A stretch of DNA of 64,000 nucleotides from Dicyema japonicum (GCA_011109175.1 RDEW01000063.1:100965-164964); one strand, 5' to 3'; positions 35,991 to 49,890 are shown, counted from the stretch's first letter. Numbers and translations: made by a program. The notes: generated by a model from the sequence alone, not told the origin.

Positions 35991-36855
35991 TGTTCTGACT
36001 CTGTCCCTGCGCATTCTTTTGACATGACGAGTCTCCACCGAAATTGTGCCCGGATGTGTAGAAAGAGCCGTCCAGGGGAACTTCTCTGAATGATCGTTGA
36101 CAAATGGTTCTTTTGGATACATTTTGAGTTGTATCTTACGTTACCAGACATGGCAACCACATGATAAACGTTAATTAAGGGAATTAAGAACAGACGAAAA
36201 AAACAGAAACTATAAACAATTAGAACGAAGCACCACATGGCGTTACGTGGCTTTTTTAATCTATTCCAAAAAAGGAAGATGTCGATGAGTGAACAACTAT
36301 TCCTACCAAAAATAAAAACGTCCGAGTTCAACTTTCTTGGAAAAAATTATTATATTTTTACTAACATTGATGAGTAAATTTAATAAAATATTTATTTAAA
36401 AATATAAATTAAAATTTTTTTTAACTGGTCGACCATCATTAATTTATTATACACGTTGTCATTGGTTCCCCTGTGAGTTGTGGATGCGTTTTCTATTTTC
36501 CTGTACGTTTCTTCAACATTGAAAGTAATAGATTTATCAAATTTTTATTGGATAAATATTTGATTCATCAATTAATTGTCATTATGTTTCCTTTAATTCT
36601 GAAGAAATGATTTAGATGTACAATTCCCTCTCAATGGTCTAGGCGGTGTTCACAAAAACATTATGATTCCTTGTTAATTTTATATTTATTACAAATCAAT
36701 TGTTGTCGAATAAAAATACTATGATTTGACTTAATGATGTATTCCAGTATTTACTACATTTCCCAACCATTTGAGCCGATACAAAATTCAATGAACGAAT
36801 ATTCCATTTTTTAACATTCATAAATCCTCTCTATTTCTCTATTTTCCTACCAGAC

Positions 36856-37667
36856 CAGATGCTCAAAAAAGACATTATTAAGATTGGTTGAAAATAGAAA
36901 ATCTCGATGCTATTTCTAATGACTCTAAAAGCTACAATTTCTCAGTCAAAATTACAGTATTCTCAAAATATTATTATTTCAAGTTGTACTAGAATGACGT
37001 TTTGTGAGTGAAATAAGGACTGTTCGAGATTTTCAGACAAATCAATTCTTCTTGCATTGTGTCGTTACTTAATGGAATATTGCTTAGTAATTCAGTAGAT
37101 TTCCTACCAGAATATTTTTATTAACAATTTGCGCGGAAAGTACAGATCTCTCAGTAATCATGATTACCTATATAAATTAAAATAAAGAAAATCCGGTAGT
37201 GTCCATGATTTCTGCAACTTTTTTTTCCTGAAGAGTTTCATCATTTGTCGGTATTAGTCGAGTTATTTTCGTAGTTTTTCTTTTGGCTTCAGAAAATTTT
37301 AATATCTTTTCCTACTGAGGATACTTGCGTTTTGGGTGTTTTAATAAGCGAGATGGCTTTATTGTACCTTCATAGACCCAAGCTAAATTAAGTGGATCCT
37401 TTGGATTTTGAGTGAAACCATACGATAAATATTTCTTCTTCGACATTCAATTTGAAGTAATGTTCATTATGCAAATTATCCTTGGCTATCAACTTGTATT
37501 CCGTCATTGCTCCAACAAGTAATCTTCTAGTGAAACTGCTTCTATTTGGAGTTATGTTCATTTTCCAATGTATCATGGGATTATGCCAACTTGAATCTGG
37601 TCATTTCTCAAGTTCTCTTCAAATTAACTGTTTTGTTGCTTTGAGGAACATTATTAATGGCACTTTA
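36856..37667 (-). mobile_element. hAT (Buster-like) transposase fragment, copy 2
   Basis: MSKKKYLSYGFTQNPKDP...IKPSRLLKHPKRKYP and LSNIPLSNDT. Duplicate of 268-1072. Confidence 0.65.
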
Positions 37668-37819
37668 ACAAGATAATAATATTTACAGCCCCCATGTGCA
37701 GCTAACAGACAACCTCAGGAGGTATCCAAAGAGTCTCCATCGAAGCTTATGATCTCGTGGCTTATTGTTGTATTATATTATTATAAAGCAACTACAGAGA
37801 ATCATATAAACTATAATTC

Positions 37820-37945
37820 TATTCGTGCCGCGTCTGAACAATCCTCTTAATTAGCCTTTCCCATCCCCTCCTGTCCGATGCAAGTGCCGCAGACTAGTAA
37901 GGTCTTCACCGTCCTTTAGTAGTCTGGTGTTGTTGTATACACGCT
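37820..37945 (-). mobile_element. RTE 3' fragment
   Basis: LLKDGEDLTSLRH...RRGWERLIKRI. Confidence 0.6.
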
Positions 37946-39539
37946 TATTTTTAATTGGAGATTTTTTTAATAAAGATATATTTATAATTAAATTTATTTT
38001 AAATAATTTAGATAATCCATTTTTTTGTGATGACGGAAGGTCATAGGGTCCGTCTGACGGTGGCTATTTTCTCTCAGGATGGACAGCGAGATTTGAGGAA
38101 ATAACCAATTTTAGTGGTACCGATTTAAAAAATAAAAAGACGTAAAAACCTGATTGCAGACGAGTAAATGTTCCGTTGCCTCTTCAGCAAAGATATCGGA
38201 AAATACTCACTAGAATAGCTAGTATTAAGCGGGGGGTTTTGATTCGGAATCACTTATTTTCGGGGCAACTTGAAGAGGTGGTTTTCTCTTTATGTGTATT
38301 GACAAATCTGTTCTCAATTTTTTTGATAAGACCATCATTTGTTTACAAGGAGATGTCTCCCTGGATCGCGATATTTTTTACAAGGCATCTGAATAGTTTG
38401 CAGTCGAACCTTTTCTGTTGTGGAAGATACAAGGTTTGTTCGAAAGTTAGTTGAAAGAGTGAGATTGTGTTCATGATATCTTTCGTATTTATTTGCAAGA
38501 GACAGGGAATTGGATCTTTAAACGGTCCTTAATTGATATCCATAAATAACATGTGTTATCTGCCTGGTATGTTTCTTTGTATACTGCCTCATTTCCAAAC
38601 GTTTTGAGATAAAATACACTGGGATGTCTCATAAGTGATGTCCTAAGGCCCCTAGTTCTAATCTCCTTACTGTGGTCTTGACTCAAAGCCAACCCCTGAT
38701 CGGTGGGTTCTCAATGTTGAAGTACTTGTATATTATGTTATTTGCGGGAGGATCTATATATTAAGATGAAATTATTCCAAACACAACTGCAAACCGAGTT
38801 AAATAATACCGTGGTCCTGACGCGTTCCAGTTGATCTCTCAGCTAGCACAGTGATCCAGAGGAAATTTCTGGGAGTTGCGGTCTAAGCGCAGGTGAAGAT
38901 GTATTCTTTTGAATGGCAACGTCCTCTGAATTAAGTGAAACATAAGATCCCACTAGAATACAAGATAAATTTTCAATTAAAAAGAAATTGTAGCACATCA
39001 CACGTGACAATTAATTAATTTAATAACCCAGAGTACCCAGAAAAGTAGTTAAAGTAAACGACTTATTTAGTGTGTCCAGTTTCTGCTTCTACATAAACAA
39101 AGTCCATCCGGATCAACATAAAGGGTACAAGACGTCCATACTTGCATTTGTGGAAACCCCTACCGTGAGTAAGGGAGAGCAAATGATTCTTTATCGCGCC
39201 GGTCTGTCACTGGGCGCCACCTAGACAGGTGACACCACTATAATAGGAAGGGAAAGCAGAAAACATAAACCAATTAGCCACGTAGGACCACATTAGGCAC
39301 GCGGCGCATTGATTAAGCCAACTAAGCACTTATTTTAAAACAAGTTTAACCTTTTCAATTACTTTCACGATATAATAATCAATATTTTAAATTAGTTTTA
39401 ATTTGATTTTAAATTATTTTATTTTTTCAAATAAATTAATGGTGGGGTAGGCATTGAAAAAGCTACGAGAACTCACCCATCTAGTCACACAGTAAAAAAG
39501 GATCATTTGCTACCACAATCCAAGATGAACGTCTTCGTC

Positions 39540-40520
39540 CAAGATGAAGGCATCAAACCTAATCCGGGACCTGCGAAATCTATTTCCATCATTCAACTCA
39601 TCATGGGAAAGATAATCGAGGTCAGAAACTTTCTCAAAGAAATACGACGTCGACGTGTTCTTCCCATAAGACGAAACTGACATACTCTTCCCAACTCCAA
39701 CGCTTCCGGGATACACTGTTATCAGAAAGGATCGCCAGTTTTGCTATGGAAGAAGTAGTCATTACCCTCGTCAAAATTGAGATCGGAAACACAAAAACGC
39801 ATTTGCATTATGATCCTCCATCTCCCATGGAATACATTGGGATCTCAATTCGAACCAAAATTGTAAATATTACAATTTGAACTTTTACATTCCTCTACCA
39901 GCTCCTACCCAAAAAAATTTCCTTCTCCCTTATGTGTTACATCAATAACAACATTTTTGATATGTGCCGACCTCCACACGAAACACGGACCTGGTACAAA
40001 AGCCTTGTCCTCTATCATGGATAATTTCATAATCCTTAACGACTATCGGATGAACACAAGAACACATCATGACAACAAGACTTCACCTAATTTCACCTTT
40101 GCTACTCCCAACATTACTTCTCGTGGAACTGGTCTGTGATCTATGACTTTAGGTACCACCATAATCCATCAAACAAATTTGGAGTGACTTCATAAATGGT
40201 TGAACTCAAATTCAATAGAAGGCTATCAAGTTATTCCGCCGAACAATCTTTGAATTGTGAACTAATCCCTCACAAGAAGCAAGCTAGAAAGCTGGGAGTA
40301 ACATTTGACACCCTCATGGCCTTCAGCACACATGTGTCAAACGTCATTAGTGTTTCGGCACGAATGTTTAAGTTCGTGAAGATGTCGTCTTTAAATTCAA
40401 AAAAATTTTCAAACTGGTCATTTTCCACGTTGTACACCGAATTCATCGAACAGACTATAAGTGATAAATGTGCACTTGAAAAACAAAACTTGCTCAATCC
40501 AGTATGATAAAAACAATCTC
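39540..40520 (+). mobile_element. I/Jockey-like LINE relic (APE pieces plus RT C-terminal piece)
   Basis: PGYTVIRKDR, ICADLHTKH, TSPNFTFATP and ARKLGVTFDTLMAFSTHV. Confidence 0.6.
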
Positions 40521-41559
40521 CCAAATCACAGGACTACTGATAAGGGCAACTTTATTGAGGTCATTGTGAGGAGTCGGGAGGAACATTCATCAAAAATGGA
40601 AAACCCCAAGAAGAACGGTGATGTCGGAATCACCTGATAGCCTTTTCCTTTTAATTAGTGTTTACCTGGTGATTTTTGGAGAAAGTATTTTAGTTAAGCA
40701 CAAGTTCGGGATTAGGGAATCCAATGATGAATTCACATCTGATTCGACATTGTGTAAAATATGAGGATGCTTAAAGAGATTTCGGAGACTCAAGAGGTCT
40801 CCAAACTAAAAGGAAACGAAATTTTGATTTTGTTCAATAACTTTGGGGACGTGTAATCTTGTCTCTTATTTGGACGAGTAAATGTGGCGGTAATCAAATA
40901 GTACTCCTAGTGTGTAGTAAATTACAAGTATTCTTCAGCTTATCTTAGATGATCTCCCTATGAGCATTACCACGTCGACACCAAAACCTACCTAACAAAT
41001 TAACACAAAAACAGGAATAACGTCAAGTAATCAGGTGATCCTAATCACCAAAACCAACTGCGACATCCAAGGGCTGTGAGCATTCATTGTCCCTACCAAT
41101 GAGCGAAAGTGCCAGTTCTCATTCCTGCAGAAGAATTCAATTGAAGATGAAAACCTCCTCGCAGGAATTTGTCTTTAAATCTACAAGTCTTAGTTTCCCT
41201 AAGTAAGTGGGCGATTCAGTTTATGGACACAGGGTGCAAATAGTTGCTCAATTAACAACACCAATGAATTTTTGGTGTCTGGAAGATGCGTAAAAAAGTT
41301 TTAAACACTGACTATTAGATGGTCTCCCAGAACAATTGCATTTTTCTTGCACGAATCGATGACGAACTCTCATAAATATCTTCACATGCTTTATTCTGTA
41401 TGGGTGATATTGTTAAACATTTATGGGATTATCCTTAAAGGATAATGCAGTAAATTGGTCCAATGGTACTTATTTTGCATCGAAATCTAACCTCCAGTGT
41501 GCACATTTGTAGTTGAATTGTACTGGAAACCTTCTCCCAGTTAAAGGTTCTCTCTTAGT

Positions 41560-41800
41560 ATACAGAAGAATAGCATAGTGGTCGATTTTTGAGTTGTAAA
41601 TGACTGACCAGCTCGATGTTGCTGCAAAGCCGGGAGAACATAGCGTGATGTCTGGAAAAGTTAGTGGTCTGACTCCATGAAGGGGGTATAATTTGCCAGT
41701 GGATAAATTGGACATAGTTTAGTGTTTCGGGCAAGAACCTGGCGGAGGCACGTAGATATTCACAATGTCAATTTTTGCATTTGCTGTTGCAAGTGAGATC
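41560..41800 (-). mobile_element. LINE APE endonuclease relic
   Basis: IVNIYVPP...FPDITLCSP...WSV...IDHYAI. Confidence 0.55.
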
Positions 41801-43725
41801 GCGTTTACTTAAATAAATTTATTTTAATAAAGTGATATACAAAAATTTTAAAAATATTTACAAATCGTTTCCTACTATACTGGAGTTATGTTATACATGT
41901 CGTTGATGGTACCCAGTGTCAGATTGGCACGAAAAATGACCATGTGCTAAATTTCTCACCAACTTCACAGGCTCGGATCTTCACAGCATAATCCGGTATT
42001 TCATTTTTTAACTCGAAGTCATTTCCTGGAGTTCCTCAAAAAGTTCAAGTCACCTACCTAAGGGTAACCAATTCCCGCCACAACAAGGATTTTGAATCTG
42101 TTCAAAAAGTAAAGCACATGATTCTATAAGAATCAAATGTCTAGCCGATTTTGGTTAGTACTGAGTTTCAGAAAAAAATCCCTCAAACACAGGCCATATT
42201 TGCTTACAAGATCTGGTTTAAGAGGTCGAGACTTTCACTCTCATTGGCATTGAATTTACTAGCGATTTTTTCAAGGAATTGAATAAGGGTATGTCAGCTA
42301 CATTCAATCGCCTCAAAACACGTGGAGGAGGTCATGTCTAAAGAGTTTAATTTTTTTTAATTGTGTAGTAAAGGAACTATGGAAGTAGGTGGGGACATCT
42401 CTGAGACAATGGAAAATCAGGCTGATTCCTTAGCTCTGAAAGAATTTGGGGGATGTAGAGAAATAGCGTAGACTGTTGTTGTGTCTGAAAAAGGAAGATA
42501 TTATATTGTAAGGTTTTAGTTATTGCAGGGGATCACTGTTGTATGAGAAATGATGGATATCTCTGCATTATTGTGGTTATGTCGATACGGATTGTTGGAG
42601 TTAATTGAATAAAGACCGAGATAGAGGATTATTGAGGACTTTGAGTAAAGTGGGGGATGTCTGACTGTTTTAATCGTATTTTAATAAATGCTGGTTTCAA
42701 CTCTGTCAAATTTATGATTTATTCATCTTTGTGACGAAATTGAGAAATGTATTGTGATACTAAATTATCGCGTCCCCCATCTTATCCACGTCCCTTATGG
42801 TCTAATGATCGACGAATGATTTGAATAGTGAGAAGACTTCGTATGGTAAGAATGATAAATCAACTAATTTTCTAAGAGGAACAAATTACCCATATACTAC
42901 AGTCAGGTCAATTGATGCAAGTATGATGGGAAGATTAAAGTTATTCAAACCATCAGCGATATACTTAGTAAGTGAAGAGAAATGCGTAGATGTTGAATTT
43001 GGAGTTGAAAATAATGCTGTAAGTCCAAAAAAGGAAGTTATTTGGAAAATTGATCAATTATTTTCGAATATGTGAATCATGGAAATTTATGCAGCTTTCG
43101 TGATTGAGGGTATACTCCATCTCATCCATCATCATCCATCCCTCTTCTCTGCTGTCCATCTCTCTTGCTTTTAAAGATCTAATAGCATTTAGTAAGGAAA
43201 GTTAGAGCTATTAGCATATGACATATTTCATAGTCGGGGCATTTCAATTACGTTTTGTGTTTTTTGTATTTTTCATGTATGAATTATCATAGAATTATGT
43301 TAAATTGATTTTTTTGTCAAGTTCCTAAAATTTCGTTCGATCATAAGCATATCAAAGTAATAAGATCATTATCATAAATACAATACCTCAAGAGAAAGTT
43401 CGTTTTCTAGCAGTCTTAGCCGTACCTAAGAGATTCATGACCCAAATCACTTTTCATAAAAATGTGATCGGATATGTAACTGTCGAAAAAAAGTAACTGA
43501 TTGAGCTCACTACCATTCTTAATTCATAGAGATATATACTAATATGTTACATAATTAAAATAAAGATGATTGATTTCTTTATTTTTATCAAAATTATTAT
43601 CATTTTAAAATCTACTCATTCGATCTCTAATTAAAGATCTATTACTTTACTTTTCCTACATTTTCTGGGATAAGTAAAAATTAGACTAATTAAAGCTAAT
43701 AACTCAGTACAGTCTAATTACAGTA

Positions 43726-43744
43726 CAGCCCGACCCCGAAATGG
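43726..43744 (+). repeat. Solo pogo-like TIR
   Basis: TA followed by CAGCCCGACCCCGAAATGG, nearly identical to the TIR at 21274-21293. The two face away from each other, so they are not one element. Confidence 0.55.
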
Positions 43745-43989
43745 TACAATAATTCCTAAATTGTGAGGTTTTCACCAAAAAAATGAGTGTCAATTTTAAT
43801 TGAACTGGTGACGTGGTTTTTAAAATTGTATCTTTAAAACACGTTTCAAATAATCTGTTCACATTGGTCTGATTAAGCCTAATAAAAATGTGGAAAAAGT
43901 ACTTTTATAATTAAAATTACTATAACACATTAAAAACAAGAAAAATTATTAGATTTTTATTTTGATAGAGTAAACGGTTATATAGCGGC

Positions 43990-44790
43990 TGCTCTGACTG
44001 CGTGGCTATTCCTGCTCATTATACGAGCGAGATTCGCTCAAATAACCAATAACGCACACGAGGGGTTCTTATTCGTGTAGCGATCCGATTCCCTAGACGT
44101 CTAAAAAATTCATCATTTAAGAAGGTACCCAGAACTCCATTGGGAATGACGTTGAGCCAGGCACAGCTCTCGGAAGACGCCCCCTGAATACAAACAGGCA
44201 CGGCGATGTTGGCTAGATGAGACTAGCAAATTTTTGAAAGAATTCAGCATATAGCATCGTCCAAGCTTCGCTGAGAGAACGAAAAAAGCAAGGAAAGCTG
44301 ATAGGTGCGTCTCCAGACTTCACGACCATGGCCTGCGTCCTTGTCAATAGAGAATTCAGGTAGAGTGTAGAATCTTCTCGACATGTGAGTCACAGTTCAC
44401 TAGTGATGATAGGTATAAAAGGAGAGAATGGTCTACAGGGTTCCGAATTCCAAGTCCTCCGAGTCTCACTGGCAGCGTGGCTTGCTTCCATGAGTAATTG
44501 TCGAACCGGACTTTGCAGTTACGTTCCGCTGTCATACAAAATATCTTGTTAATCTGTACGAGTTGGTCACATTTGTGAAATAGGGAGCAATCTTCAGGAC
44601 ATAGCAAGCCTCTGTATGTTGAGACTGTTTTTCAGGAGAAGTAATGCTGTATGTATGTCAAGTAGACAGAAGCGGTTCAGAGTGTCTCCGAGTAACAGTA
44701 GTTTTTCACGCATAGCACGTCCTATTGCTTTTATGGTATTGGGGATCGCCGCTATATTACCGTTTACTCTTATTTCTTTTTCTTTGATGA
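43990..44790 (-). mobile_element. CRE-like LINE relic
   Basis: LDIHTALLLLKNSL, WKQATLPVRLGGLGIR, AWLNVIPNGVLGTFLND, WLFERISL. Confidence 0.8.
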
Positions 44791-45679
44791 AAAAATCTGT
44801 CATTTTCATGATGTTAATTAACACTGACGGCTTGAATGGAGTATTATATTTATCAAATTGAATAATTTTTCGTTTTTAAGAATTTTGAATTTTATATCAA
44901 TCTTAAATCTTTGTAACAACCCATTTGATGCGACAGAGTATTTATTTAAAATTGTATAAGCCCATTCTCGAAGAAATAGTTATTGAAACTTTTTTTGGAG
45001 TTCCAGAAACTGGAAAAACGCATTAAAATCTACAAAAATTGAAATTAAACGTTACTTTTAAAATATTATTTTATAAAATCGGCTAGTAAAATTATATAAT
45101 TAATTTTTTTTTCATAATAAAAAATTATTGCCCCAAATAGAGGTGCTAAATTTTATTGATTTGAATACTTTTGGTAGAAAATTTAGATAACCCCCAAGAG
45201 TTTTCCAATAACCTAGAAATTAAAGTATTTATATCTCCTTAATCACGATTTTAATAAAATTATGAAAATTTTATCTTATAATTTGTATGTTAAGCTGAGT
45301 AATGTCAAATTATTCCATTTACCTCCGGAAGATTGTCTGTTTTACCAAATTATTTCATTACCACATTCTAAATATACGACGAGGTAGTTTTATTATAGAA
45401 TTTGCAAAAATTGACATTCGTGTAAATTTCTGATTTGAATGTGGCAAAACTTAACGGAGTTAATATTAATCTTACTTAAATGAGTTGTTTTTATAATTTT
45501 GCCAGAATTTCTAATTTTCGATTTTGTTGAGCAACAGTCTTCCCCTCAAGCGACTTTGAAGTTTTATTCCAGAGCCCTGCAAAATAGATAGTTCCCACAG
45601 CTCTGCACTTATTCCATCAGCCATAGAAGAATCAGGTCATTTGGATTCGTTCTGTAAACGATCTTTAAATAAAAATTCC

Positions 45680-46000
45680 GTGTTTCCTAAATTTTTTACG
45701 AATTGAACCCTTTATGAAACATTGGAGAGGTCAGGTTCTAGAATTTCTGTTAGATAAATCAAAGTCATTATCTGAGGCTCAGGAAGAAATCCCATATATA
45801 ACAACAGCGACGAATGTGGGATGAACATAAAGAATGTGACCATCAATACCGAAGTCAGCAACGCAATCGTCCGTGTCCTTTTTTGAGACAAATTCGATAC
45901 GCCTGAATTCCGCAGTGTACTTCGTGCCTTACTTGCTGTCGCAAATTAACTACGACTGAACGAAGTATCAAGTGAAATGAAGAAACTTGGTCATTGTCTT
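45680..46000 (-). pseudogene. Possible class A GPCR C-terminal half (TM5-TM7) relic
   Basis: ASKARSTLR...SQKRTRTIALLTSVLMVTFFMFIPHS followed by LIYLTEIL and KKFRK, across frameshifts. Pattern resemblance only. Confidence 0.3.
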
Positions 46001-46156
46001 TTGTCAGCAGATCCAGCATCTTTAAATAATTCAGTAAAAAGAATTTCAAGCTCTTTTTGGATTTTGACATTTTGTGGGCTCCAGCATATCTTTTTTAGTG
46101 AAAGACGAATGAATATAATGTTTTATTAAATTTTTATGATAATAAGTTGTAAGATT

Positions 46157-46238
46157 GCCAACATGGCCGAGCGGTCTAAGGCGGCAGCTTTAGGTGCTGT
46201 TATCTTCGGATGCGTGGGTTCGAATCCCACTGTTGGTA
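46157..46238 (+). tRNA. tRNA-Leu (anticodon UAG)
   Basis: Acceptor stem GCCAACA/TGTTGGT, D-arm GGCCGAGCGGTCTAAGGC, anticodon loop TTTAGGT, long variable arm, T-arm GGTTCGAATCC. No encoded CCA. Followed by a T5 run (Pol III terminator). Confidence 0.95.
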
Positions 46239-47419
46239 TTTTTCTAATTTTTATTATATATTTTTTTAAAAATGTAATTTTATAGTAGATTTTTTTATAT
46301 AGTTATTTTTTAAAACCACCTTAGTTTTTGGGTGTTATGATGAGAATAATGTAGCAAACTCAAAAGAAATTTTTTTGAAATAAAATAAGCGCAGTTTCTT
46401 CTTTGATACAAACAATTCACTCTTCCAGTCTATTTTGAACTACTTACCAACGTTAAATTTGCCGATTAAACAATGCGACCAAACAGCATTATTTGTCGCT
46501 TTAGTGTTTCGAAATCCTTTTCCCAGAAATGAGTATTTTCTGTATATCTATTCTTGTAAGATTAAATTACTTGCTGATTTAAAAAGATTCTTCGACTCCT
46601 ACAGAATCTGCAGAAATCAGAGATATAAATAATTTGATAGTCAGACCGACAGATAAACCTTTACTAGTTCCTCAGCTAAATCAATAGGAGAGGTTTCTAA
46701 TTCAAACCAACACCGACGTGCTTGTATGGTTACTGAAAGATCTTTTGATCAGTGGTTGTATTAATGTCCTCGCTATTGTTGGTACCCATCTATGACGATA
46801 CTCTCTGCATCAGACAAAAACTTTAGCTTGATATGACATGTGACGTCGATTGATATGGATATCATGGCCTTATGTTAAAGAACCTCAGAAAGATTCCCAC
46901 GACAAGGCAATAAACGGAACCTAGAAACGTGCTCTGTAGTGTGCTAGATTCCCCTCTAAACTGAACCGCTCGGCCTAGACAGATAAGGAGAAGCCATTGG
47001 TTAGCTTTGTTCTTCCACATAGTCCCAGTAGTCACGTTGTATGCCACCGTTAAAGCCGAGTAGGCTTAGGGAGAATTACGATGACATCTTGACCTGACTG
47101 GTACACGTTCTGTGATCCACTTTACCTAGGTGACGACAATGTCTTGATGGTATTCATAAGAATCCATAGAATCCAGTACGAGGGAGGAGCATCGGGAAAG
47201 AATGAGGATTTTGGCGGAGCGCATCGGGATCACGTGATAGTTAGTTTTGGTTTTACCGTAATCTTGGGTGTTAAATAAATAAATAAATATCTTCATTCTA
47301 CCGAGAGACTATTCCGCTCCGTGGCGACGAGTTTTGGCTTAGACCTCACTTCCATGACAAATTGCTTTTAATCACTTCGCTGGATAAGGGTTCTACTGGT
47401 ACGTATTGGTATCACGCGA

Positions 47420-49640
47420 TTAGTTAGTTCGCGTTTATCCTTGGTCTTCGGAATAATTCCATGTTGAGACGTTCCGTGGATCGCACCTTTTTGAGGCGAG
47501 TTTGCTTCCAATGCTGTGGAGAAAAGCTTCCGTCTTCGCGCCTACAGCTCCAGTTGTTTCCATAGCAATGAGAGCGAAATGGTAATGGTCTTACTTATAG
47601 ATCTTCTTAACTTCCGCCTAGTCGGCTGCGTCTCCAGGAGAATGTGTCGCTGTCAGCAATCTGGCTCCTGAGAAGTGTCCACACTCGTTGCGTCCCAGAC
47701 GAGTGATTTCCCGTGGGAGAATGGGAATAACGTCATTCCATCCGGCTCTTTCGTCGCCTCTGTCTAAGCCCAATGATTCCAATTGGGCAGGAAATTCCGC
47801 AGCCTTGAGGCTCGAAAAATGATGTCATTGAGGGCTGTATGGCGTGGGGCTCGATTAGCACTCCCTCGGCAAGAAAGTGGAAGTAATCCTTTCGTATCAA
47901 CATTCCGCAACGGCATTTGTGTATCTGGCATATGTCCAGTCCTAGGCGTAGTGCCACCCGATCCTCAAGCTGTTTTCATCAAAGAGGGTCCCGAAATGTG
48001 GACAAAGTAGGGCCTCGAGCCAGACACCATTTCCGCGATGTGCGGCCGACTTAATGCTTTAGTCGGTGTTGGTTGGCGCTTTTTTTCGCGGCCTCCAGAG
48101 TGCTCATACATGTGATTGAGTCCTAATTCTTCTGGCAAGCGAAGTTCGACGGGAATTCCAAGTTCAACTCACCCACAACTTGCAAACTCTGTCAAGCTCT
48201 GAGTCCAAGGTATGTTCGGTTGCGTTACGTAAGACTGCTTGGGCCAAGCGACTGCAGCTTGCAAGGGATGAAAAGTAGGCAGGCAGGGCGGCTTCAAGGA
48301 GGGATCTCAACCCAATGCCCCCATTTCTCGCAGGTTGTTTGCACATAGTCCAGCCTAGATCATCGAATTTGACATTCAGTATTGACTCCGTCGATCGTCT
48401 CAGAGTCCATCAGCCGACAATAGTGCATTCCGGTGAACATCTCAAAATGTACATCATCTTCGACACGGAAATACATTTCTTGAGCAAGAAAAAAGACACA
48501 TGTGCATCCAAAGATGATACTCTCTTTGTAAAGGCTTCATTATTCTTACTGGTAAGCATTTTCCAGCTCATCGTTTCCAAGGGCAGCCAAGGAAGTGTAC
48601 CTTGTCCAAGGAGGATATGCTGAAACTGAAAGTAGGGATCTGAATTCTTGGCAGGTAGTAGAAAATTTGGAGATGAGCAGCAAATATTGATCAGTTCCGA
48701 TTTTATAACATTGACAATTAAACCCCATTCGTTTGGAGCTGGAATGGTTGAAGAAATATCCTGATGTACGTTCTCCATGGGCCAGCGATTGTGGCTTCGT
48801 CCAAGTCCCACAGGTTGAGTTCACAGTTTTATGCTTCTTGCCACTGTGTCAATTGTCATTGCAAAAAGCAAAGGTTCTAGAGGACTCCTGCTGAACGCCT
48901 GTACGTGAATAAACAATATCGTTTCCGTTAACGAAGGCTCAGTCCGTCCCATACAATAAATGTACAGTCGTCTAATCTCTGGAGCTTTCTTACAACAGAA
49001 TTCCAAAATACAGTCTCTCCTCAGCATGTTGAAGGCATTTGGTATATCAAACTTCAGGCTTAGCCTTTGGATCTGAGAATTATTGTTGTTGAAGTAACTC
49101 CTCGCGGCGTGGACTGCTGCCTCGCAACCGCCGGTCACTCCCACCACAAGTTGAGCCGGAACAGCTCTTCAGCAACATTGTGGGAAACTCTCCGGGCAGC
49201 GATTTTAGTAGCAAGCCTTCGAAAGTATGTACCGAACGCAATTGGGCATACACCATCTCCTTTTTGGAATGTCAATAGATGTCCACAAAAAAGATCTCTA
49301 ACAAATTTTGGAATATCACCATTAACTATTCGAGTGAGCAGCAAGATGATAGACGTTAATAAGAGACGGCCGGCTTCAGCAGTAGCTTCAGAGGTTAAGT
49401 CCTTTATATGCTTGGGCGCAGTCCGTTTAGCCCTCCGCAGCTGCTGGGTGCAAAAGACTTTATTCCACGCACTACTTCAAATTCCGTGGAAGTAAATGCC
49501 GGGAGGTCTTCTGGCATTGTCAAGTTCCGCTGGTTCGGTGGTGGTCAGGCTGCTTCCTTCTCAATAACTCCAAGACTTCACGGCTTTAACAGCGCTTTGT
49601 CACAAGACACCACTCTTACAGCTGCGCGAACGTCCCCTTT
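47420..49640 (-). mobile_element. CRE-like LINE (RT plus RLE), degenerate
   Basis: [81 protein letters not shown]. Confidence 0.88.
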
Positions 49641-49779
49641 ATCAGTTTCGGTTCACCCTCTCTGAAATGCTTTAGAATCTTCTGTTTACTCACAGCTTCT
49701 GTAGACAACTGTTTGCACCGAAATACTTGCTCATGCTCGATTCCAGAGTCTTTAAAAATTGAAAAAAAAAACTACAGTC

Positions 49780-49890
49780 GTATCCTTTTAATTTTCCATT
49801 ACTTGTATCGAGACCCATTGGTTCAAGCTGAGATGGAAAGCCTGTTTTTGTGAATCTTCTTTGAGCAGCCATGACCAATTCAGTGGTCCA
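49780..49890 (-). mobile_element. CRE-like RLE-proximal relic
   Basis: KTGFPSQLEPMGLDTSNGK resembles the LEPxGL..DGKRPDG motif. Confidence 0.45.

Noticed and set aside
37392-37422. Apparent 25-nt intron (gtatggtttcactcaaaatccaaag) in the 268-1072/36856-37667 repeat
   Set aside because: An unspliced alternative frame reads KYLSYGFTQNPKDP, a Buster-type transposase motif, so no intron is needed.
46860-47260. Gypsy/LTR gag relic
   Set aside because: No convincing gag, protease or integrase motifs, and no LTR pair or PBS.
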